Of a stretch of DNA of 64,000 bases, positions 45,301 through 53,466 are shown one piece after another. Below the pieces are notes generated by a model that saw nothing but the letters and a program-made list of their open reading frames with translations, did not search any database and was not told where the DNA came from. The position numbers and the translations under genes were made by a program. Every line of letters begins with the position of its first letter. Positions within the stretch are counted from its first letter, which is position 1. The DNA comes from Actinomycetota bacterium (GTDB lineage: Bacteria; Actinomycetota; Acidimicrobiia; Acidimicrobiales; GCA-2861595): assembly GCA_002861595.1 (NCBI GenBank), contig PJQG01000008.1:39174-103173 (forward strand). The letters run 5' to 3'.

Positions 45301-45457
45301 CCCGCAACGCGTCCGGCAGGCGCCCGCGCCCCGCTACTGTTGCCGCGCGTTCGTCCTCGGGGTATCGGTGCGTGGTAGGTAGAAGCCGCAGGCGCAGTCG
45401 AGAGCGCTTCGGCGGTGCCGATCATCGTGCCGGTGGGAAGGTAGGAGTCCCTCGTAC

Positions 45458-46042
45458 ATGTCGCCCGTGACCCTGTTGATCATCGCCCTGGGCGTGAGCG
45501 CCGACGCGTTCGCCGTCGCCGTCGGTAAGGGCTTGGGCATGCCGCGGCTGCACCTTCGCACCGCGGCGTCGATCGCCATCGCGTTCGGGCTCGCGCAGGC
45601 GCTCATGCCGCTGCTCGGGTGGCTTCTGGGCACTCAGCTCGAGCAGTTCATCACCGAGGTCGACCACTGGGTCGCGTTTGGCCTGCTCGCGCTCGTGGGC
45701 GGCAGGATGCTGCGCGAGGCACTGCGCTCCGAAGACCTGCCTGGGGAGGGCACCGGCGCCACCAAGGTGGCCATGCTCGTCACTCCGCGCGAACTGCTCG
45801 TGCTTTCCCTCGCCACCAGCATCGACGCGCTCGCCGTCGGGGTCAGTCTGGCGTTCCTTGACGTGAACATCCTCGCGGCGGTGATCGTCATCGGCGCGGT
45901 GACGTGCGTCCTGTCGTTCGCCGGCGTCGCGCTCGGTCAGCGTGCCGGTGCCCGCGTCCGCGGCCCGGCGGAGATCGCCGCCGGTCTGGTCCTCATCGGC
46001 GTCGGCGTCAAGATCCTGCTCGAGGGCCTCGGGATGCTCTGA
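45458..46042 (+). CDS. mntP: manganese efflux pump MntP (DUF204)
   Basis: Two DUF204 repeats (LGVSADAFAVAVGKG and SLATSIDALAVGVSL) and six predicted TM segments; 194 aa. Confidence 0.85.
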   Translation: MSPVTLLIIALGVSADAFAVAVGKGLGMPRLHLRTAASIAIAFGLAQALMPLLGWLLGTQLEQFITEVDHWVAFGLLALVGGRMLREALRSEDLPGEGTGATKVAMLVTPRELLVLSLATSIDALAVGVSLAFLDVNILAAVIVIGAVTCVLSFAGVALGQRAGARVRGPAEIAAGLVLIGVGVKILLEGLGML

Positions 46043-46470
46043 CGCCGCGTCAGTCGGACGCCGCCCACGACCAGCGATAACGCCGGACAGCGAGTGATAA
46101 CAACGGTCGTACGAGTGATCTCCCTGATGGAGGAGGAGGCCCGATCGTCGTGCCATTCGCGTGCCACAGCGGCACCGAACTCAGCCGCACACAACACAGC
46201 ACGCAACTCGACCACCCCTCCTGACCTGCGTAAACAGTTCTCAGCAGCTCTGAACAGCCTGAGACATCGACCGGGGCGGGATCTTGACGAAGATAGAAGC
46301 GTCACGCGGTACCGTCTCAGTTGACGAAGCCACGCGGAGCGCCGGCGTCGCGGCACCCTCCCCAGCCTCAGCGTGTCAGTGCGTGTTACCTACTGCTACG
46401 CAGCTCTGATCCTAATCGCCCGGCTTATCTGGGTATGGTGCGCTCCGGGCACGGCCCGCGCGAACAGCGC

Positions 46471-47622
46471 ATGATGGCACCGAGCGAAAGGCTACCAATG
46501 ACGACCGCCACCGAGTCGCCAGGTCCGGACCACGGGCAGGCGGGGAGCCGCACCAGCAGGCGAGGCGGGTTCACCCGCACAGCCGCGGGGGTGCTGGGGG
46601 TCATCACCGTGGCCGACGGCATCGCCCTCATGGTGCTCGCGTTCGCGGGCGATCCGGGTACCGCCATCCGGTTGGCGGAAGTGGCGATCGGCGCCGCGGT
46701 CCTCGTGCCCGGCCTGTTGTTGGTGAGGCTGGGGTTGTCCCGGGGAGCGGTCCGCCTCGGCGTGTTGCTGCCCGAAGTCGTGTTGGCGGGTGCTCTGCTG
46801 ACCCTGGGCGTCGCGATGCCCGCCTTTCACCGGGGCGCTGTTGGTTATCAGACAGCTCGGGATCAGTTCCTGTTGGTCGTGCTTGCGCTCGCGCTGGGTT
46901 CGGCCGGACTAGTGCTGTCCGGAGTCAGCACGCCGACCGCGGAGCGAGGTGGGAAACTGTCCTTCGCCGGCGCGTTGCGTGACGGGGTCCTGCTCATCGT
47001 CGGCACGATCCTGCTGGCCATTGGCATCGGACAACTTGCCGGCCCGAAGCTGATGCCGCCCATGTGGAACTGGATCAGTTTCTTGGGGATCACGATCCCG
47101 GGCATGTTGGTCCTGATCGCCCGCGAGTTCGTCAAGCAGGCAGACCGTCGCCGCGGCCACCGCGGGCCTGGCGCGCTAGGCCGAAGCCTGCTCATCGAAT
47201 TGATGCTCGTCGGCGGGTTGTTCGTCATGGTCTATGGCAGTGCCGCGAACCTGACGCTGGGCAAGAACGGGTTTACGACCGGCTTCAAGAACGACACCGC
47301 CGGGCTGACCCTGCTGCTCGCGGCGGTCGTCGTCCTTGCCATCGTGCGTGGAGCGGCGAAGCGAGCAGTGCCGCAACGCAGCACCGCCCTCGTCGTCATG
47401 CTTGGCAATCTCTTGTACGCCGCCGCGGTGATCGCCTTCATCTACGGCGAGCGTTCGGTCATCATGGGCAAGCCTCCGATGATCCAGATTGGGGCCGCAG
47501 CCGGGGCCGCGTCGGCGATCCTCGTGACCGGCGTGCTCGTCCTGGTGATCGGACGAACCCTTGCGAGCCCTCGCGTGAGCAACCTCGGGATCGCCGCGCC
47601 CACCGAAGCCGCTGCCCGCTGA
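46471..47622 (+). CDS. polytopic integral membrane protein, unknown family
   Basis: About 10 hydrophobic segments. ATG at 46471 lies within ORF 46321..47622. I recognised no family motif. Confidence 0.6.
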   Translation: MMAPSERLPMTTATESPGPDHGQAGSRTSRRGGFTRTAAGVLGVITVADGIALMVLAFAGDPGTAIRLAEVAIGAAVLVPGLLLVRLGLSRGAVRLGVLLPEVVLAGALLTLGVAMPAFHRGAVGYQTARDQFLLVVLALALGSAGLVLSGVSTPTAERGGKLSFAGALRDGVLLIVGTILLAIGIGQLAGPKLMPPMWNWISFLGITIPGMLVLIAREFVKQADRRRGHRGPGALGRSLLIELMLVGGLFVMVYGSAANLTLGKNGFTTGFKNDTAGLTLLLAAVVVLAIVRGAAKRAVPQRSTALVVMLGNLLYAAAVIAFIYGERSVIMGKPPMIQIGAAAGAASAILVTGVLVLVIGRTLASPRVSNLGIAAPTEAAAR

Positions 47623-47790
47623 ACGGGCGCTCCAGTGACCGACTACGAGCTGACTGTGATCGGCGCAGGCGCAGGCGGTCCCCCGCGCCCGAGCGACCCG
47701 TCGGGTGTCGTCGATGGCGGCGGGACGCCGCGGACTGCAGCCTTGGGACCTCACTGGCGGGTGGCTGACTGCGCAAGGCCAGGCTCGCGG

Positions 47791-48279
47791 TCACCGGGCG
47801 CCGACCAGGCGCAGGGCCGTCTGTAGCGAGCCACCCGCTCGTCGGCGGCCCATGTGCAGCGTGGCGTCGGTGTCGGCCTGGGACGGCGAGCGGCTCTCCG
47901 CGCGCTGGGCGAGCGCGAGGACGAAGACGGATCCGAAGCGACGGGCCAGGAAAGCGAGCACGAGACTGCGCGCGGTCGCCCGGCGCCGGGTGCGGGCGTG
48001 GTCGGCCCAGCAGCACCTCCCAGTGGGCGGAGTGCCGCGCCTCCGCGTCAGCCAGGGCCAGCAGATCTCCCGCTCTTCGCCCGAGCGCCGTGCCGCGAGG
48101 TCCTGGTACACCCTCGCCTCGAGATCCTCGGTCGACACCCGCCCGCCGAGGCCGAGCCCGGCGGCTTGGCGCCCGAGCCACCGGCCCTCGCCCTCGGGGC
48201 CCTCATCGGCGAGGTAGCGGGTGTAGTAGCGGGCCGAGGGGCCGGCGGTGTTGGCGTGGATGGTGGTCACGCGCAGCAC
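47791..48279 (-). pseudogene. TrwC/MobF-type relaxase, N-terminal stub
   Basis: MLRVTTIHANTAGPSARYYTRYLADEGPEGEGRWLGRQAAGLGLGGRVSTEDLEA resembles the relaxase N-terminus (YY...G.W.G.ga..LGL). The sequence degenerates and stops after 162 codons, whereas full-length relaxases are around 900 aa or more. Confidence 0.55.
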
Positions 48280-48361
48280 GACGCGCTCCCGTTACCGCCC
48301 GCGGGCACTTGTCTGTCGTGGTGATGGATTCGGGTCGGGGGCAGGAGGTGGATGCGCATGG

Positions 48362-48760
48362 TCAGGCGCTCGGGAGGAGGGTGAGCTGCTCGAAAGCGGC
48401 GGGTGTCGTGGCTCGCTGCCGAGCGGATGTCGTGGCTCGCTGCCGAGGGGACGGTGTCGGAGGCGTCGGCGCGGTGGTGAGGAGGTCGCCGAGGTCGAGC
48501 AGGTAGCTGCCGGGCTGGAAGCGGCCGTCGAGCTTGCGGGCCTGGAGTGGCTTGACGAGCCCAGCGCGGGCGAGGGACGTGATGGCGCGGTGGGCCGTGT
48601 TCTTGGCGACACCGAGCTCGGCGGCGACAGCCCGCACCGACGCCACCGCCGTGCGCCCGTCGCCAGACCGCTCGACCAAGCACTCGAGCGCGCACCACGC
48701 CACCGGGCCCGCTCCCGTCGCAGCGCGGCAGCGCCAGGCCCGGGCGATCGTCTGGGTCAC
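48362..48760 (-). CDS. winged-helix DNA-binding protein (plasmid/ICE type)
   Basis: VAWCALECLVERSGDGRTAVASVRAVAAELGVAKNTAHRAITSLARAGLV. GTG at 48760 overlaps the stop of the upstream Xis-like gene (GTGA). The tail contains a 24-bp tandem repeat. Confidence 0.6.
   Translation of the reverse strand: MTQTIARAWRCRAATGAGPVAWCALECLVERSGDGRTAVASVRAVAAELGVAKNTAHRAITSLARAGLVKPLQARKLDGRFQPGSYLLDLGDLLTTAPTPPTPSPRQRATTSARQRATTPAAFEQLTLLPSA
48404..48451 (+). repeat. 24-bp tandem repeat x2 (one mismatch), in frame
   Basis: tgtcgtggctcgctgccgagcgga followed by tgtcgtggctcgctgccgagggga. On the minus strand it encodes the duplicated peptide RQRATTSA. Confidence 0.9.
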
Positions 48761-48993
48761 GCCGCCGGCGGGGCGAGCTGGGCGTCGACCCAGCGCATGA
48801 GCGCGTCGTACGGGATCCGCTTCTGGTTGCCGAACCACACGAACGGGATGCCGCACTGGCCGCGCGTGCGCTCCCACTCCACCGTCAGTTCGTAGGTCTT
48901 CGACCGGCCCAGCTGGAGGAGCTTGGCGCCTGCTCGACGGTCAGGAAGCGAGGGAACTCGCCCACGGACACACTCCTCCATGCTGTGGGACAC
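48757..48993 (-). CDS. excisionase-type HTH protein (Xis-like)
   Basis: 78 aa; AKLLQLGRSKTYELTVEWERTRGQCGIPFVWFGNQKRIPYDALMRWV fits the excisionase-family DNA-binding domain pattern. It is divergent from the XRE gene. Confidence 0.6.
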   Translation of the reverse strand: MSHSMEECVRGRVPSLPDRRAGAKLLQLGRSKTYELTVEWERTRGQCGIPFVWFGNQKRIPYDALMRWVDAQLAPPAA

Positions 48994-49048
48994 TGCAGCC
49001 TGTACTTATCGCGTGAAGTGGTAGCGTTGTCAAGCACAACAGTAAGGA

Positions 49049-49738
49049 TTGAGGAGTCGATGGTCCGCCCCCGGAAGCGCCCTGCCGAGCCCGCGCCGCC
49101 AGGAGCCGGCGGGCCTCGACGTCAACGCCGTCGTCTCCTACAACGTCCGAGCCATCCGCGAGCGCCGCGCGATGACCCAACAGGCCGTCGCCGACCGGCT
49201 CGCCCAGCTCACCGGCCACCAACTCCCCCAAGCCTCCATCTCGGGCATGGAACGCGGCTTCGACGGCGAGCGCCGGCGCCGCTTCGACGCTCATGAGCTG
49301 TACCTGCTCTCCGTCGTGTTCGACGTGCCCATCGCCTACTTCTTCATCCCCCCGCCGGGCACCGGCGTGGCCGAACTCGCCGACACGCGACGGCCGGTCG
49401 CCGAACTCTGGCGCAGCCTGCTCGGCACCGACAGCCAGCTCGACGCTGTCGACGCCCGCCTGGCCGAGATCAAGATCAGCGACCCCGACGCGTCCGACCG
49501 CGTGCTCGCCGCCATCTTCGGGCCCGGAGACGCGGCCGGCAACTGGCACCAGCACTTCCGCACGTGGCGCAAGCAGCGCCTGCGCGAGATCGAGGTCGAG
49601 TACGGCGACCGCCTCGACGAGGTCGCCGAGTTCCTGGCCGACTTCGCCAACAAGATCAAGACGCTCGGCCCCGCCGGCTACCTGCGCTCGACCTCCCATC
49701 GCGCCGGCGAACCACTCAACGACGACCAGGAGGACTGA
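49049..49738 (+). CDS. XRE-family (Cro/CI-type) HTH regulator
   Basis: VSYNVRAIRERRAMTQQAVADRLAQLTGHQLPQASISGMERG. The start is unclear: TTG at 49049 has poor spacing to AAGGA, while ATG at 49059 has a good GAGGAG site but is in another frame, so a frameshift near 49100 is possible. Confidence 0.65.
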   Translation: MRSRWSAPGSALPSPRRQEPAGLDVNAVVSYNVRAIRERRAMTQQAVADRLAQLTGHQLPQASISGMERGFDGERRRRFDAHELYLLSVVFDVPIAYFFIPPPGTGVAELADTRRPVAELWRSLLGTDSQLDAVDARLAEIKISDPDASDRVLAAIFGPGDAAGNWHQHFRTWRKQRLREIEVEYGDRLDEVAEFLADFANKIKTLGPAGYLRSTSHRAGEPLNDDQED

Positions 49739-49739
49739 C

Positions 49740-50924
49740 ATGGCCAGAGGCCGGCGGCGGCAGCTCGGCGATATCGACCACCTGCCCAGCGGACGGTGGC
49801 GCGTCCGCATCATCGATCCAGGGACAGGGCGCCGCGTCAGCATCGGCACCTTCACGACCAAGGCCGCGGCGGAGCGCACGTTCGCCTCCGCTCTCACCGA
49901 CCAGTAGAAGGGCGCGTGGGTCGCGCCGGCCGAGGGACGCCTCACCCTCGGGACGTACGCATCGCGCTGGTTGACGTCGCGGTTGACGACGCGAGGCGAG
50001 CCGCTGCGGCCCCGCGTGCGCGAGCTCTACCAGGGCTACCTCGACAACCACATCCTGCCCACCCTCGGTGCTGCGACCCTCGGCGAGCTCAGCCCGGCGA
50101 TGGTGCGCCACTGGCACAGCAACCTTCTGGCGCGTGGTGTCGGCCGGTCGACGGTCGCCAAGTGCTACCGGCTGCTGCGAGCGGTCCTCAACACCGCGGT
50201 GGAGGACCGGCACATCGTGGTCAACCCGTGCGCGATCAAGGGCGCGGGCGTCGAACCGGCGGAGGAGCGGGCTATCCCGACGATCAGCCAGGTGTTCGCG
50301 CTCGCCGGCGCGGTCGACTCTCGTTACCGGGCGATGGTGCTGCTCGCGGCGTTCTGCGGCCTCCGAAAGGGGGAGCTGCTCGGCTTGCGCCGGATGGACA
50401 TCGACCTCCTTCACCGCACCATCGAGGTGCGCGTCCAACGCCAGGAGTCGAAGACCGGCGAGCAGCTGATCGGACCCCCGAAGACGGCCGCCGGTCGGCG
50501 CACGCTGGCCCTGCCCGAGGAGGTACTGCCGGCGCTGGACGAGCACCTCGCGACGTGGTCCGGCTCCGGTCGCGAGGGTTTGGTGTTCGTCGGCGAGCAC
50601 GGGCGAGGTGTGCGCTCCGGGGTGTGGCAGCGCGAGTGGGAGCGGGCCCGGCGATCGGTGGGCGTGCCCGAGCTCCACTTCCACGACCTGCGCCACGTGG
50701 CGGGCACGCTTGCGGCGACGACCGGTGCGGGCACGAAGGAGATCATGCGCCGGCTCGGACACGCGACCCAGGACGCGGCGTTGCGCTACCAGCACGCCAC
50801 CGACGAGCGCGACCGCGAGCTGGCGACCGGAATCGACCGGCTGATCCGCGCCGCCCGCGCCGAGCCAACGGCCGAGGTCGTTGCGCTCGATGCGCACAGC
50901 GAGCGCCAGCCACGAGAGGCTTGA
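49740..50924 (+). pseudogene. tyrosine integrase with in-frame TAG at 49905-49907
   Basis: ATG at 49740 gives MARGRRRQLGDIDHLPSGRWRVRIIDPGTGRRVSIGTFTTKAAAERTFASALTDQ, then TAG, then KGAWVAPAEGRLTLGTYASRWL in the same frame as ORF 49971..50924. Catalytic region: HFHDLRHVAGTL and GHATQDAALRYQH. Confidence 0.85.
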
Positions 50925-50970
50925 GCCGCCGTGTCGGCGTACCCTGAGCGGTAGCGACCGAGGAGAGACG

Positions 50971-51198
50971 CTGCGGTTCGAGCGGATCACCATCAACCCG
51001 AAGCAGATGGGCGGGCTGCCCTGCATTCGCGGGCTGCGGATCCCGGTGACCACGATCGTCAGCCTGCTGGCTGCGGGTGAGACCCACCAGCAGATCCTCG
51101 CCGACTACCCCGATCTCGAGGAGCAGGACATCCTCGCCGCCCTCGCCTTCGCCGCCGAGGCGGTGCAGGAGCGGGAGCTTCCACTCATCGCCGGGTGA
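50971..51198 (+). CDS. DUF433 protein (putative antitoxin)
   Basis: ITINPKQMGGLPCIRGLRIPVTTIVSLLAAGETHQQILADYPDLEEQDILAALAFA. The probable CTG start at 50971 lies 5 nt after AGGAG; the upstream part of the ORF overlaps the integrase. Confidence 0.7.
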   Translation: MRFERITINPKQMGGLPCIRGLRIPVTTIVSLLAAGETHQQILADYPDLEEQDILAALAFAAEAVQERELPLIAG

Positions 51199-51571
51199 AG
51201 CTGCTGGTCGACCAGAACCTGGCGCCTCGCGTCGCCGCTCTCCTCCGCGACGCCGGCCACGACGTCGTGCACGTGAGCGAGCGGGGCATGTCCTCACCGA
51301 AGACGACCAGGTCCTCCAGCTCGCCATCGCCGAGATGCGTGTGCTGCTGTCCGAGGACACCGACTTCGGCGCGCTCCTCGCTCGATCCGGCTCGCCGTTG
51401 CCGTCGCTGGTGCTGATCCGATCGGCGGGCCGGCTCACATCGGAGGCACGGGCGACGCTCCTGATCGCCACCCTCCCCCGAGTGGCGAGCGAGCTCGAGG
51501 CCGGTGCGATCGTCGTCGTCGGCCGCTCTCGCGTGCGCGTCCGTTCCCTCCCACTGACGCCGAACGACTGA
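51195..51571 (+). pseudogene. DUF5615 (PIN-like/Mut7-C-like) putative toxin, frameshifted
   Basis: GTG at 51195 overlaps the DUF433 stop. VKLLVDQNLAPRVAALLRDAGHDVVHVSERGMS then continues in another frame as LTEDDQVLQLAIAEMRVLLSEDTDFGALL...IVVVGRSRVRVRSLPL. A 1-nt indel lies near 51290. Confidence 0.65.
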
Positions 51572-51613
51572 GCGCGCTCGGGGCTCTTGGTAGCGTGTGG
51601 TGCTGTTCGGTGC

Positions 51614-51662
51614 GGTCACGTCTCGCCCCGTTAGGTCACGCGAAGGTCACGCCAGGGTCACG
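51614..51662 (+). repeat. array of four direct GGTCACG heptamers (51614, 51634, 51645, 51656); a fifth at 51732-51738 overlaps the tRNA 5' end by its last base
   Basis: Read directly from tgcGGTCACGtctcgccccgttaGGTCACGcgaaGGTCACGccagGGTCACGg. The spacings are 20, 11 and 11 bp. Confidence 0.85.
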
Positions 51663-51737
51663 GCGCCGGGAGGCGGCAACACCCGAAGGGGCCAGCAGCC
51701 CGCTGACCTGGGGTTTTGCAGTGAGCAAGCCGGTCAC

Positions 51738-51808
51738 GCGGGCGTAGTTCAGCGGCAGAACATCAGCTTCCCAAGCTGAGAACGCGGGTTCGATTCCCGT
51801 CGCCCGCT
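51738..51808 (+). tRNA. tRNA-Gly (anticodon CCC)
   Basis: GCGGGCG acceptor, D-arm GTTC-AGCGGCA-GAAC, anticodon stem TCAGC/GCTGA with loop TTCCCAA, T-arm GCGGG-TTCGATT-CCCGT, 3' CGCCCGC-T. No CCA is encoded. Confidence 0.9.
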
Positions 51809-51880
51809 CTCCACCAAAGCCCTGGTCAGGACGGCAAAGGCGCCTCCCGGGCCGGGGCTTCGGTCATCGCCAAGGCCGGT

Positions 51881-51899
51881 CGTGACCTTTATCGTGACC
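51881..51899 (+). repeat. two inverted heptamers CGTGACC (51881-51887 and 51893-51899)
   Basis: ggtCGTGACCtttatCGTGACCacg lies 73 bp downstream of tRNA-Gly. The heptamer is the reverse complement of the upstream GGTCACG motif. Confidence 0.8.
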
Positions 51900-52346
51900 A
51901 CGGGTGCGCCCCCGACACGTCAGTCACGGCCTGTCCAAGTGCCCGCCGGACAGGCGGGTGGCCAGTGCCGCCGCCCGCCGCCCCGGCTCCGGCGAGGATG
52001 GCGCCGAAGCCGACCAGCAACGGGAACCCACAGGATGCACAGCCCGTCGTTGTCGCCTCGCGGTGCCGTCCAGCCGGTAAGGAGCAGCGCCCGCAGGGTG
52101 ACGGGCGCGCCGACGAGGGCCGAGTCGTCCGATCGTGTGGCGGCGCCGAGGCCGACGGCCGTACCGATGGCCCGCCACCAGTACGCAGGGCTCCGCGCAT
52201 CGGCGCTCTGTCCGTCGTGCGGCACGAGGGCCAGCCACAGGGCGCCAACGACGACCACGGCCACCAGCAGCAGCACTCGCCTCGATCGCACCGGGCCGAA
52301 GGATGCCAGCGTGTGCCCTTACGGACCCGGGTGTGTGGTGCCCCGC

Positions 52347-53156
52347 CAGGATCACCTGGGCGATGCGATAGCTCACCCCCGGGATCCCGACCAGGAGCGT
52401 CACCGCCGCCTCGTGAGGGTCCAAAAGCGTCTCGATTCGCGCGGTCAGCTCGGCGATGGTGGCGTCGGCCTGGTCGATGCGGGCCAGCATGGCGCGGCAC
52501 AACAAGGCGTGGTGGGCGTTGAACCGGCCGGCCAGGGCGTCTTTGAGCTCGGGAATCTTGGCGCACACCCGCCCCTTGGCCAGCTCGGCCAGCACGGCAG
52601 GATCGGGCTGGGCGGCGATGAGGGCGTCGATCATCTCCCGGCCCGACTTGGTCAGCACCGACGACGCCACGGACGACAGCTTCACCCCGGCGTCTTCGAG
52701 GACCTTGTGCAGGCGCTGGGTCTCCCGGCCCCGCTCCTCGATCACAGACTTGCGGTACCGGGTCAGGTCCCGCTGCTCGCGGGCGGGGCGGGGCGGGATG
52801 AACGAGGGGCGGACCAGGCCGTGCTCGAGCAGCTGCGCGCCCCAGCAGGCATCAGCCACGTCGGTCTTGCGGCCGGGGACCTTGCAGATGTGGCGGGCGT
52901 TGATGACCCACACCGCCTCGATGACGTCCTCCAGCACCCAGTGGACCGGCTTCGAGTAGACGCCGGTGGCCTCCATGCCCACCAGGGTGACGCCACGCTC
53001 GACCAGCCAGTCCGACAACAAGAGCTGAGAGGTCGTGGTGCGGAACTCGCTCACCTCCTCCCGGCGCCCACCAGCGCCATCGGGTGCGCGGGCACATGCC
53101 ATCACGGTGTCGCGGTGTACATCCAAGAACGCGCACCGCTCCACGACAACTTGCAT
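52347..53156 (-). pseudogene. IS110-family transposase, N-terminal 270 codons only
   Basis: ATG at 53156 gives MQVVVERCAFLDVHRDTVMAC...GMEATGVYSKPVHWVLEDV...INARH...GIPGVSYRIAQVILA. The C-terminal roughly 135 aa present in copy 1 are missing. Confidence 0.8.
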
Positions 53157-53386
53157 CTCCGTCAACTCCCTCGTCTCGGTCACTTGTGGTGTCCCGGCCC
53201 GGATGGGGGCCTCGTCAATGAAGAAACTGAGGTGCGTGCTCGGAGCAACAGGACGGAGCGCCCGAGACCCCCGCGTCAAGCTAAGAACGGGCTCCGAGCG
53301 CCATAGTGACACGACGTCTGCCCGGCCCGACACCGCACGATTCTCATCCGCCGAGGGCGGCACCGCCAGGGGCCATGGGAGCTAAG
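53157..53386 (-). ncRNA. IS110 5' non-coding leader, candidate bridge (guide) RNA locus
   Basis: 230 nt lie between the IS left end and the transposase ATG. It is about 94% identical to the copy 1 leader at 2134-2325 and contains short hairpins such as CCGC-N5-GCGG. The assignment rests on published IS110/IS621 biology and was not modelled here. Confidence 0.3.
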
Positions 53387-53466
53387 GAGCCACAGACGCA
53401 ATCGCGGATTGCCGAAGCCGAGAGCGGGCGTGGCCGAGGTGAGTTCGAGGATCCGCAGCGGCGGCG

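Larger units (their letters stand above)
44720..51808 (+). mobile_element. decayed integrative element inserted in tRNA-Gly(CCC)
   Basis: It is bounded by direct copies of the tRNA-Gly 5' half (44720-44760 and 51738-51779). It contains integrase, Xis-like, XRE, wHTH, relaxase-stub and toxin-antitoxin genes plus cargo (mntP and a polytopic membrane protein). Confidence 0.7.
52347..53386 (-). mobile_element. IS110-family insertion sequence, copy 3 (3'-truncated)
   Basis: The left end at 53386 matches copy 1. Homology to copy 1 stops at 52347, after the AQVILA codons. The 479-aa ORF 51924..53363 is a chimera that reads through the truncation point. Confidence 0.8.

Noticed and set aside
45300-45457. 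A possible yybP-ykoY (manganese) riboswitch upstream of mntP.
   Set aside because: Some pairing is possible (ATCGG...CCGAT). I could not find the conserved GGGGAGUAG and AGAGAC-type loop motifs, so only a covariance-model search could settle it.
46043-46470. A lower-GC 430-bp spacer with repeated TTGACGAAG (46285 and 46320) and GATAAC motifs. I considered an ncRNA or an att site.
   Set aside because: There are only two short copies and no stable structure or terminator. It is most simply the promoter region of the downstream membrane-protein gene.
51920-52291. A 123-aa minus-strand ORF with a TM-like N-terminus (VLLLVAVVVVGALWLALV) downstream of tRNA-Gly.
   Set aside because: I recognised no family and its frame competes with other ORFs. 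The C-terminal half looks like noise or a frameshifted fragment, so it is too weak to call.
51924-53363. A 479-aa ORF that looks like a full-length IS110 transposase.
   Set aside because: Homology to the other copies ends at 52347, after AQVILA. The remaining 140 codons are Arg/Gly/Pro-rich read-through into unrelated DNA. The N-terminal roughly 70 codons are the translated non-coding leader.
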